63,714 bases of DNA from Actinomycetes bacterium (GTDB taxonomy: Bacteria; Actinomycetota; Acidimicrobiia; Acidimicrobiales; Palsa-688), in the NCBI GenBank assembly GCA_021787035.1, contig JAJYMM010000097.1, positions 1-63,714 on the forward strand, in the 5' to 3' direction. Within the stretch, counting starts at the first letter, position 1. Each line of letters opens with the position of its first letter. Shown here one piece after another: positions 54,367 to 62,559 of the stretch. Below the pieces are notes generated by a model. That model saw only the letters and a program-made list of their open reading frames with translations. It did no database searches and had not been told where the DNA came from. The position numbers and the translations under genes are program-made.

Positions 54367-55490
54367 GCGCCCGCCCCCGACACGAGCCGGCCGACGCGGG
54401 TGTGCATCGCCACAGCGGCTACCAAGATCACTCCAACGACGGCCTCGTACCAATAAGGTGACACCCCGCTCAAGATCAGCCCGCTACCGAGCATCGCCAG
54501 GATCAGCGTCCCGACGGCAGCACCGAGCATCGAACCGCGGCCACCCATGAGCGCGCATCCGCCCACAACTGATGCCGCGATCGCCTCGAGCTGGTAGGTC
54601 GTGCCAAAAGACGCCGACATCGAGTCGAGGTGCCCGAGCTGGACCGCGCCGGCAAATGCCGCAAAGACCCCACAGATGACGAAGGCGAGGACGCGGGTGC
54701 GCATGACGGGCACACCGGCCTCCACGGCGGCGAGCCTCTTACCTCCAACCGCGAAAAACCAGTTCCCCATCACGGTCCGTTGCAGCACCACCCCGACGAC
54801 GAGCGCCAACCCGAGCCACCACAACAGCTCTGAGCGTACCTGGCCCGCGAGCACGCCACCGAGCACGTTTAGCAGTCCCGGCGTTGGCGGCAAGATCGTG
54901 ACGGTCTCGCCCCCGGTCACGATCAGCGTGACGCCTGTCCATACGAAAAAGGCACCGAGGGTCGTTATGAACGACGGGATGTCCAACAACACGGTCACAA
55001 GGCCGTTCACCAGGCCGATGCCGGCCCCGATGGCTAGCGCGACCACGAGGGCGGCGATTGCCGGGTAGTGGTCCTGGACCATCGTTGCCATGACGAGGGC
55101 GGCAAAAGAGAAGTTCGCCCCAACAGAGAGGTCGAACTCCCCGCAGATCATCAACAGGGCCACGCCGATCGTCACGATGCCGAGCTCTGCGGCGGTGCTC
55201 GTTATCCCGCCCCAGTTCTCCAAGCTGTCAAAGGTGCCGTTGGAGAGGATCGAGAACACCACGAACAAGATCACGCCCACGACGACGATCCCGGTCTCTC
55301 GCTGGCGCAGGACGCGGAAAGCGAGGTTGCTGCTACCAAGGCGGGACGTGCGCGCCGCGCCCCCCGAGGTTCCAGGCCCCGGCGGGCCAGCAGGGCTCGC
55401 TCCCGCGAGCACCTGCTGGTTCGCGCCTGCTTGCGCCGCTGTCATTGCGGTGAGACCAAGCGACCCCGGGCTAGAAACCCGTGTGGTCAA
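54363..55490 (-). CDS. sugar ABC transporter permease (RbsC/branched-type)
   Basis: Ten TMs and a BPD-transp_2 pattern. The alternative start at 55445 avoids overlap with the SBP gene. Confidence 0.75.
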   Translation of the reverse strand: MTTRVSSPGSLGLTAMTAAQAGANQQVLAGASPAGPPGPGTSGGAARTSRLGSSNLAFRVLRQRETGIVVVGVILFVVFSILSNGTFDSLENWGGITSTAAELGIVTIGVALLMICGEFDLSVGANFSFAALVMATMVQDHYPAIAALVVALAIGAGIGLVNGLVTVLLDIPSFITTLGAFFVWTGVTLIVTGGETVTILPPTPGLLNVLGGVLAGQVRSELLWWLGLALVVGVVLQRTVMGNWFFAVGGKRLAAVEAGVPVMRTRVLAFVICGVFAAFAGAVQLGHLDSMSASFGTTYQLEAIAASVVGGCALMGGRGSMLGAAVGTLILAMLGSGLILSGVSPYWYEAVVGVILVAAVAMHTRVGRLVSGAGA

Positions 55491-56517
55491 CGTACTTGGC
55501 CAGTGCCTTCACGTTCTGCGAGGTAAGGAACACTGGCCCCGTAGAGATGGGAACGGGGGCCGCGCCCTCGGTCGCGTCGAGGAAAAGCTCGACGATGCTG
55601 AGGTACCCCTGCAAATAGGGCTGCTGGTCGACCGTGAAGGCGACCGTGCCGCGCTCGATGTAGCTGAGCGTCGACGAGTCGAGGTCCATGGCCCCGATCT
55701 TTTGCTTCGTGCCCGAAGAAGACATGGCCTGGACGACTTCGTCCGTGCCCGTGGTACCGAGGGTGAGCACCGCGCCGAGGTTCTTGTGGGTCGTGAAGTA
55801 CGCGCCCACGATCGAAGCCCCTTGGGAGATATTGTCCGACGTGTTGACGATCGTCGGGGTTACGCCCACGGCCTTGAAGGCCGCCCGAACGCCCTGCAGC
55901 CTCTGGTTCAAGGAGATGTTGGTCGGCTCGTGGTCGACTACTACCACCTTGGCGCCCGACCTCAGGCCGAAGTCCTTGACGGCCTCTTGAGCGAGCCCTT
56001 GGCCGGCTGAATAGTTTTGCTGGCCTATATATGCAAGGAACGGGTTGGCACTGCTCGGTTGGCCGTTTGCCGTAGGAGCCGAGTTGAAAACGACCACCGG
56101 GATGCCGTCTTTGGCGGCCGTCTTCAGCACCGGACTAAACGAGGTCGCGTCCGTCACGGTCGTGGCTATGCCGGCCGGGTGGGCCGCAATCGCCGTCTGG
56201 AGCAAGCTGACCTCGGCGGCCGTGCTGCCGCACTGGGCCGAGGTGATGTGCAATATGTCAACCCTTACACCGAGGCGCTTGCCGGCGTCTGCCGCGCCGT
56301 TCCAGACAGGCGGCCAGAACGGGTCGGTCGGGCAGCCATGGGAGACGAAATAGAACGTGAGCGACGGCGACGCGCTGGAAACAGCGGCACCGGCTACCAA
56401 TCCCCCCGATGCCATAGAAGTGGCAACCAGCGCGACCGCGGATACCGCGATCTTCCGACCCCACCACCGGCGCCCACGGGCGCGCACCGAAGCCCCTGCA
56501 ACTTTATATGACCGCAT
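55471..56517 (-). CDS. sugar ABC transporter periplasmic substrate-binding protein
   Basis: Signal peptide plus a Peripla_BP_4 pattern (GIPVVVFN...). The start is at MRSYKV (56517). Confidence 0.75.
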   Translation of the reverse strand: MRSYKVAGASVRARGRRWWGRKIAVSAVALVATSMASGGLVAGAAVSSASPSLTFYFVSHGCPTDPFWPPVWNGAADAGKRLGVRVDILHITSAQCGSTAAEVSLLQTAIAAHPAGIATTVTDATSFSPVLKTAAKDGIPVVVFNSAPTANGQPSSANPFLAYIGQQNYSAGQGLAQEAVKDFGLRSGAKVVVVDHEPTNISLNQRLQGVRAAFKAVGVTPTIVNTSDNISQGASIVGAYFTTHKNLGAVLTLGTTGTDEVVQAMSSSGTKQKIGAMDLDSSTLSYIERGTVAFTVDQQPYLQGYLSIVELFLDATEGAAPVPISTGPVFLTSQNVKALAKYVDHTGF

Positions 56518-56535
56518 CTCAGTCCCCTTTCTAGC

Positions 56536-56650
56536 GTCCACAATGTGAACACATGTCCGCCATATAAGCTACCGAACGCTTCTGAGGGTGTCAAGCTAGC
56601 CAGAGGCCTGTGAATCACAATGTGGACATCAGGCTTGCCATGTGGACATC
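56536..56650. promoter_or_regulatory. repeated ATGTGGACATC / GTCCACAATGTG half-sites in the divergent iol transporter/iclR promoter
   Basis: GTCCACAATGTGAACACATGTCC at 56536-56558. CACAATGTGGACATC at 56616-30. CCATGTGGACATC at 56638-50. Confidence 0.5.
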
Positions 56651-56679
56651 GGCCTTGGTACCGCCTAAAATAGGCGGAA

Positions 56680-57489
56680 ATGCCCTCCCCGCGCGTAAAA
56701 GTCCTCGGTAAGGCCGCGAGGCTCCTCGACGTTCTGGCCGTCCAGCCCGACCTGAGCGCGCCGGACCTCGCCCAGCGTCTCGGTGAACCTCGCCCTACTG
56801 TCTACCGCCTCGTCCAGGATCTGGCGGCCCTTGGCTATCTGGAGCAAGGTGCTCGCCGGGGTACATACCGCCTTGGCATGGAGCTGTTCCGCCTCGGCTC
56901 CTTGGTCGGGCTGCGCTTGGACGTTCGTGAAAGAGCGGCACCGGTGATGAACGAGATCCACAAGGCCACCGAGGAGACCGTCTACCTCATGGTCCGCCGC
57001 CACAACGAAGCCGTCTGCATCGACCGGGTCGAGGGCTTGCACATACGCTCGATGGCGCTCCACCTTGGTGGCTCCCTGCCTCTCCACCTCGGTGCCGGTC
57101 CGCGCGTGCTCCTCGCCTACCAACCACGCGAGTACTGGGAGGCGTACCTTTCAGACGTCTCCCTAGAGGCGATCACGCCCCGTTCGCCGACCAGCAAAGC
57201 CGGCATTGTTGCGCTGCTCGAGGAGACACGCCACCTCGGCTTCGCGATCTCCGACGAGGACGTCACGCTCGGGATCAGCTCGGTCGGCGCCCCGATATTC
57301 GACCACACGGGTGCTGTCCATGCCGCGCTCTCCGTCGGCGGGCTGCGCGCCGCCGTACTGGGCGACGGTGGCGAGCGGGCGGCACGCCTGGTCATGGAGG
57401 GGGCAGCCGAGGTCTCGCGCAACATGGGTTACCTCGGCGGAGGAGAGGTGCGCGACTCCGATGAGCGCCAGGAGACCCGAGTCGGCTAA
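56680..57489 (+). CDS. IclR-family transcriptional regulator
   Basis: N-terminal wHTH (LSAPDLAQRLGEPRPTVYRLVQDL) plus a C-terminal IclR effector domain. Confidence 0.85.
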   Translation: MPSPRVKVLGKAARLLDVLAVQPDLSAPDLAQRLGEPRPTVYRLVQDLAALGYLEQGARRGTYRLGMELFRLGSLVGLRLDVRERAAPVMNEIHKATEETVYLMVRRHNEAVCIDRVEGLHIRSMALHLGGSLPLHLGAGPRVLLAYQPREYWEAYLSDVSLEAITPRSPTSKAGIVALLEETRHLGFAISDEDVTLGISSVGAPIFDHTGAVHAALSVGGLRAAVLGDGGERAARLVMEGAAEVSRNMGYLGGGEVRDSDERQETRVG

Positions 57490-57550
57490 GACGTGTGAGA
57501 GGCCGGAGATGCCCCAAGGGGCGGGCCGAAGGGGACGAAAGGAGTAGGGG

Positions 57551-58636
57551 ATGACGGGTGCTTACAAGAGCCCTCTGGAGGAGATGACCGCAACAACGCC
57601 GACGTGCCTTTGGAACGACTCGGCGTCGACCAAGGAGCTTGCCTACGCCCTCGCCAATGGGGCTGTCGGGGCGACATGCAACCCTGTGATCGCGCTCAGC
57701 GTGGTGCGCCAAGAAATCGACCGATGGGCACCCCGCCTCGCGGGGCTCGTGGAGGAGCACCCGACCGAGACGGAGGACGAGGTGGGCTGGCGGCTCGTGG
57801 AAGAGGTCTCCAGCGAAGCGGCCCGCATGCTGGTGCCCGCCTTCGAACAGTCCAAAGGCAGGAACGGTCGCCTTTCCATCCAAACTGACCCGCGCTTTTA
57901 CCGCAACAGCGAAGCCATCCTGCGCCAGGCCGCCCACTTCAACGAGCTGGCACCCAACATGATCGTCAAGATCCCGGCGACCGCCGCAGGCATCCCGGCG
58001 ATAGAGGAGGCCACGTACGCGGGCATAAGCATCAACGCCACGGTTAGCTTCAGCGTCCCCCAGGCGCTGGTCGTGGCCGAGGCGGTCGAACGTGGCCTTG
58101 CCAGGCGGGAGGCTGAAGGCAAAGAAACGCTCAGCATGGGCCCCGTCTGCACGATCATGGTTGGCCGGCTCGACGACTGGTTGAAGGTGGTCGCAGAAAA
58201 GAGCGGCGTCCTTACCGACCCCGGCCACCTCGAGTGGGCCGGAGTGGCCGTGTTCAAAAAGGCATACCAGATCTACGCCGAACGCCACTACCGTACCCGC
58301 CTGCTGTCGGCCGCCTTCCGCAACCACTTTCACTGGAGCGAGCTGATCGGCGGTGACGTGGTCATCTCACCCCCACACTCGTGGCAGGTGCGGATAAACG
58401 CGAGCGACATCGCGGTGGAGCACAGGATCGAGCGGCCGGTGGCGCAAGACGTCGTGGCTGACCTCCTGGCTCGCTTCCCAGACTTCCAGGCAGCCTACGA
58501 ACCAGACGGCATGTCTACAGCCGAGTTCGACAGCTTCGGGCCGACCCGGCGCACGCTGCGCCAGTTCATGGGGGCGAGCACCGACCTTGCCGCCTTGGTC
58601 CGCGACGTGATGACGCCAGACCCCGACAAGCTTTAG
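57551..58636 (+). CDS. tal: transaldolase (long actinobacterial form)
   Basis: Motifs NPV...MIVKIPAT...TVSFSV. It is 361 aa. Confidence 0.85.
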   Translation: MTGAYKSPLEEMTATTPTCLWNDSASTKELAYALANGAVGATCNPVIALSVVRQEIDRWAPRLAGLVEEHPTETEDEVGWRLVEEVSSEAARMLVPAFEQSKGRNGRLSIQTDPRFYRNSEAILRQAAHFNELAPNMIVKIPATAAGIPAIEEATYAGISINATVSFSVPQALVVAEAVERGLARREAEGKETLSMGPVCTIMVGRLDDWLKVVAEKSGVLTDPGHLEWAGVAVFKKAYQIYAERHYRTRLLSAAFRNHFHWSELIGGDVVISPPHSWQVRINASDIAVEHRIERPVAQDVVADLLARFPDFQAAYEPDGMSTAEFDSFGPTRRTLRQFMGASTDLAALVRDVMTPDPDKL

Positions 58637-58681
58637 TCAAACCTGGGGCAGTTCCCCAGGGCCAGTAGCCCGAGCGCCCGC

Positions 58682-58792
58682 CGGGACTAAGGGGCCGGGA
58701 CTAACGGGCCGGGACCAAAGGGCCGGGACCAAAGGGCCGGGACCAAAGGGCCGGGACCAAAGGGCCGGGACCAAAGGGCCGGGACTAACGGC
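58682..58792. repeat. 15-bp tandem repeat x7 (GGGCCGGGACCAAAG), intergenic, abutting the GDPD stop
   Basis: Direct reading. Confidence 0.9.
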
Positions 58793-59576
58793 CGAGAGCG
58801 GCCAGGACGGAGCGAGGGCGGTTGGTGATCACGGCAGCTGCGCCCATGCCCGCGAGTGCCACCGCGCGCGAGGTGTCGTCCACCGTCCAGGGCACGACGG
58901 CGAGCCCTGCCGCCGACGCCGCGCTGAACAGCTCCGGGCCCGCATCCACGTGCGCGGGATGAAGGGCACGCCACCCCCCGCTACGCGAGATGGCGTCGCG
59001 CCAATCGCTACCCGCAGCGAGCAGGAGCCCCGTTGACAACCGAGGAGCCTGCCGGCGCAGCTCCACGAGCGCCTCCGGGTCGAAGGAGGAAACTACAACC
59101 CTCACCAGCCCGTCCACACCGGGCGCGTCCACACCGGGCCCGGGCCATTGGCCGACGCCAGCGTCCATGAGCAACCTTGCAACCAGGCGGGCAAGCGTGT
59201 GGGGCTCGTCCCAGCCGGGCTCGCCTGGCAAGTCCTTCAACTCGACGTTTAGGACCGGGGAGCGTCCCTTCGCCTCCTTCGCCCAAGCCCCTACGGCCTC
59301 GAGTAGCTCGGTGAGCGTGCTCAGGTGCCCCAAGTCGGCCCTCTTGGCAGCGTACACAGCCGTGCCTTCCCGCAGGCCACAACCGGCGGATACGTCCGGC
59401 GCACCGATGTGCGCGTCGTGGTGCATGACGACCACGCCGTCGGCACTCATCCTCACGTCGAACTCGGCGCCGTCTGCGCCCGCCCGGAGGCCCGCCAGTA
59501 CGGCGTCGACACTGTTGGGCTCCAGCCCGCCGGGAGCCTCCAGCCAGTCGCCCTGATGCGCTATCACAGCCGTCAC
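58785..59576 (-). CDS. glycerophosphodiester phosphodiesterase
   Basis: Motifs HQGD...EFDVRMSADGVVVMHHD...ELK of the GDPD family. Confidence 0.8.
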   Translation of the reverse strand: MTAVIAHQGDWLEAPGGLEPNSVDAVLAGLRAGADGAEFDVRMSADGVVVMHHDAHIGAPDVSAGCGLREGTAVYAAKRADLGHLSTLTELLEAVGAWAKEAKGRSPVLNVELKDLPGEPGWDEPHTLARLVARLLMDAGVGQWPGPGVDAPGVDGLVRVVVSSFDPEALVELRRQAPRLSTGLLLAAGSDWRDAISRSGGWRALHPAHVDAGPELFSAASAAGLAVVPWTVDDTSRAVALAGMGAAAVITNRPRSVLAALGR

Positions 59577-59624
59577 AACCCGGAGGATACCTGCTACCGG
59601 CCTTGACAGGCCAACGTGCTCCCC

Positions 59625-59683
59625 GCTAGCTTAGGTCTCCCTAACTAGTGAGGCTAACTAGACCTAAGATGAGGAGACCCCCG
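59625..59683 (+). promoter_or_regulatory. AT-richer leader with nested inverted repeats (CTTAGGTC...GACCTAAG; GGTCTCC...GGAGACC) overlapping the SD of the Fe-ABC operon; TTAGGT/ACCTAA iron-box-like half-sites
   Basis: Direct reading of 59630-59680. The GAGGAG SD at 59671-76 lies inside the 3' arm. Confidence 0.4.
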
Positions 59684-60778
59684 ATGGCGCGTTGTGCAGC
59701 CGTTCGCGCGAAAGTGCCGAGGCGACTTCGCGCCCTTGGCATCATTGCAGCCCTGTTGCCCACGGTGCTCGGCGCGGGCTCTGCCTCGGCCTCTCCAGCG
59801 AGGCACTCGAAGGCCACGACCACCCTCGTGCTCTACAACGGGCAGCACGAGCAGACAACGGGCTTGTTGGTCAGCGGTTTCGAGAAGCAGTACCCGCACA
59901 TAAAGGTGCGCGTGAGGACCGACGACGAGAACACTTTTGACGCGCAGATCATCGCCGAGGGCCGCCGTTCGCCGGCCGACGTGTTTTATACCGAGAACTC
60001 GCCGGCGCTCGAGTACCTCCAGCAGCGCGGGCTGCTGGCAAAGCTCGACGCGTCTACCCTGGCACGCACGCCAGCCGAGTACAGCTCTCCCCAAGGTGAC
60101 TGGGTCGGCGTCTCGGCGCGCGTGAGCGTGCTCCTTTACGACCCGAGGCTCATAAAGAAGTCACAACTCCCGGCTCACGTCCTGGCGCTGGCCGATCGGA
60201 AGTACAGAGGCAAGCTCGCCATCGCCCCAGCTGAAACTGACTTCCAGCCGATCATTACCGCCGTAGCGAAGGCCTACGGCGTGAAAGCAGCGCTCCACTG
60301 GCTCGAGGGGGTCAGGGCCAACGCCGGCAGCCACATTTACCCCGACGACGAGGCGGTCACCGACGAGGTCAACCGGGGTGTCGTTTCCTTCGGGGTGGTC
60401 AACCAGTACTACTGGTACCGCCTGCGCGCACAAGTCGGCCCCTTCCACACCGACTCCAAAATAACGTACTTCGCACCCCGAGACCCTGGATATGTGGTCG
60501 ACATCTCCGGCGCCGCAGTCTTGAAATCCTCGAAACACAACGCAGCAGCCCAAAAACTGGTCGCGTACCTGGTCTCGCGGGAAGGACAAGGCGTTATCGC
60601 CAACTCGGGTTACGGGCGGGGCCAGTCGACCAGCTTCGAGTACCCTATTGCCTCCGGAGTGACAACAAAAGCCCCGGAGAAGCCGTTCAAGGAGCTCCGG
60701 CCCTACCCGATGACCATGGCCGAGCTGGGCACCGGTGCCGAGGCTGTGAGCTTGCTAAAACAGGCGGAGCTTCTCTGA
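59684..60778 (+). CDS. Fe(III)-type ABC transporter substrate-binding protein (FbpA/AfuA family)
   Basis: Signal peptide from MARCAAVRAK... The ATG at 59684 follows an SD. SBP_bac_1/8 pattern with YN.Q....L...F and YYWYR. The ORF track starts at 59648. Confidence 0.7.
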   Translation: MARCAAVRAKVPRRLRALGIIAALLPTVLGAGSASASPARHSKATTTLVLYNGQHEQTTGLLVSGFEKQYPHIKVRVRTDDENTFDAQIIAEGRRSPADVFYTENSPALEYLQQRGLLAKLDASTLARTPAEYSSPQGDWVGVSARVSVLLYDPRLIKKSQLPAHVLALADRKYRGKLAIAPAETDFQPIITAVAKAYGVKAALHWLEGVRANAGSHIYPDDEAVTDEVNRGVVSFGVVNQYYWYRLRAQVGPFHTDSKITYFAPRDPGYVVDISGAAVLKSSKHNAAAQKLVAYLVSREGQGVIANSGYGRGQSTSFEYPIASGVTTKAPEKPFKELRPYPMTMAELGTGAEAVSLLKQAELL

Positions 60779-60843
60779 CCGGCCGGCGCCAGCGGCCACC
60801 AAGGCCGCTCATAGCCCTCTGCCTGCTCGTCGCGGCCACCCTG

Positions 60844-62343
60844 GTGCTCCCGCTCGCTTTTTTGTGCACCGAGGCGGCCGGCGCGGGAGGGCCGGGCGTC
60901 TGGCACCTCATCTGGCGCTCCCTCACGGCCCAACTGCTATGGAACACCGTGCGCCTCACCGTCGTCGTGACCGTCCTGTCTGCACTGGTCGGCACCCTTG
61001 CGGCCTACGGCGTCGAGCGCACGACCCTACCGGGCCGCCATATCTGGGCCCCATTGGTTGTAATCCCCTTCGCTATACCGGATTTCGTCGTCGCGTTCGG
61101 TTGGAGCTCGCTTTTCACCTGGGTGCAGGGCTTCCGGGGCGCCGTCCTTGTCATGACCCTTGCCGTCTACCCCCTCGTCTACTTGCCCGTCGCGGCGAGC
61201 TTCAGGGGAGTCGACCCCGGCCAAGAAGACGTGGCGCGGGGGCTCGGAGCGGGACGCATGCGGGTCTTCTGGCGCATCACGCTCGGCCAAGCGCGCCGGG
61301 CCATCCTCGGCGGGAGCCTTCTCGTCGCCCTCGTAGTCTTGGCGGAGTACGGCGCCTTCGAGATCCTTGGTTTCAGGACCTTTACGACAGAGATCTTCTC
61401 TGAGTTCCAGGCAGGCTTCGATACCAGCTCCGCCTTCGCCCTTTCGGTCGTCCTCGTGGCCTTATCTCTCCTCGTCCTCTTAGCCGAGCATGCGTCGCGA
61501 GGTGGCGGGAGGGCGTCGCGGATCGGCCAGGGCGCGCAACGCCCGGCGACGCGGCGGCGGCTCGGGAAGGCAACGCTACCCGTCTTGCTCGCCTATGCGC
61601 TGCTCGTCGCAGCGGCTCTCGGCGTCCCCGTGGCAGCGTCTGTGTACTGGATCCTCGAGGGAGGAGCGCAAGGCCTGAGCGGCCTGTCGATCTCCAGCGC
61701 GGCGGGTTACACGGCGGCCTACAGCGCCGCAGCCGGTGCGCTGGCCACGCTTGCAGCGCTCCCCGTTGCCCTTCTCGCCGCCCGATATCCCAGCCGGTTG
61801 GCTTCGCTCCTAGAACGCTCGACGTTCCTCGTCCTCGCCATGCCCGGCCTAGTTGTCGCGCTGGCGCTCGTCTATTTCTCGGAGCGCTACGCCGGCGGCT
61901 TCGCCTACCAAAGCGCACCGCTGCTCGTCTTTGCCTACGCCCTACTTTTCTTCCCGATGGCGTTGGTCGGGGTACGAGCCTCGGTCCTACAGGCGCCAGT
62001 CGCTTTGGAGGAGGCTGCCAGCTCCCTCGGGATGGGGCGGGTCAAGGCGTTCCTCCGGGTGACCCTCAGGCTCATCGCACCCGGCCTCGGAGCGGCATTC
62101 TGCCTCGTGTTCCTTTCCTGCGTGACCGAGCTGACGGCGACGCTGGTCCTCATCCCGACGGGGGCACAAACGCTTGCGACGCAGTTCTGGGCGTACCAGC
62201 AAAACCTCTCCTACGGCCAGGCCGCCCCTTTTGCATTGGCGATCATCGCAACTGCCGCCTTCCCCTCCTACGCGCTCGGGCGCTTCTTCGACCGCCTCCC
62301 GGCCCGCTCGCGCTCTCCCCAAGGCCAAACCGTCCCCACCTAA
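60844..62343 (+). CDS. Fe(III)-type ABC transporter permease (fused two-domain FbpB/AfuB)
   Basis: 12 TMs with two BPD_transp_1 EAA-like loops (EAA region RGLGAG...; SLGMGRVKAF). GTG start. Confidence 0.75.
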   Translation: MLPLAFLCTEAAGAGGPGVWHLIWRSLTAQLLWNTVRLTVVVTVLSALVGTLAAYGVERTTLPGRHIWAPLVVIPFAIPDFVVAFGWSSLFTWVQGFRGAVLVMTLAVYPLVYLPVAASFRGVDPGQEDVARGLGAGRMRVFWRITLGQARRAILGGSLLVALVVLAEYGAFEILGFRTFTTEIFSEFQAGFDTSSAFALSVVLVALSLLVLLAEHASRGGGRASRIGQGAQRPATRRRLGKATLPVLLAYALLVAAALGVPVAASVYWILEGGAQGLSGLSISSAAGYTAAYSAAAGALATLAALPVALLAARYPSRLASLLERSTFLVLAMPGLVVALALVYFSERYAGGFAYQSAPLLVFAYALLFFPMALVGVRASVLQAPVALEEAASSLGMGRVKAFLRVTLRLIAPGLGAAFCLVFLSCVTELTATLVLIPTGAQTLATQFWAYQQNLSYGQAAPFALAIIATAAFPSYALGRFFDRLPARSRSPQGQTVPT

Positions 62344-62559
62344 ACATCCCGCCACGCGCCACCCGGCCCACGTTGGGCTAGGCACTTGCGCTCATTTCCT
62401 TGGCCGAGGCTGGGCCATTTCCCGACTATACCCTTGCCCCGCCCGCCGCGGCGGAGTTGTCTCGTCGCGGGCCGGTCAAAGTCCGGCCCGCGAAGGGCAC
62501 GGATGGCATGCAACACCTCCGTGGTTTTCGCGCAGGAGAACCGAGACAGGAGGAAAGCT

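Noticed and set aside
46-58792. Tandem arrays as CRISPR
   Set aside because: Units are 13-18 bp and repeat back-to-back with no spacers. Every locus has a different unit. No cas genes are present.
59648-59683. GTG start at 59648 for the Fe SBP
   Set aside because: It would put the inverted-repeat leader inside the CDS. The ATG at 59684 has a proper SD and begins a canonical signal peptide.
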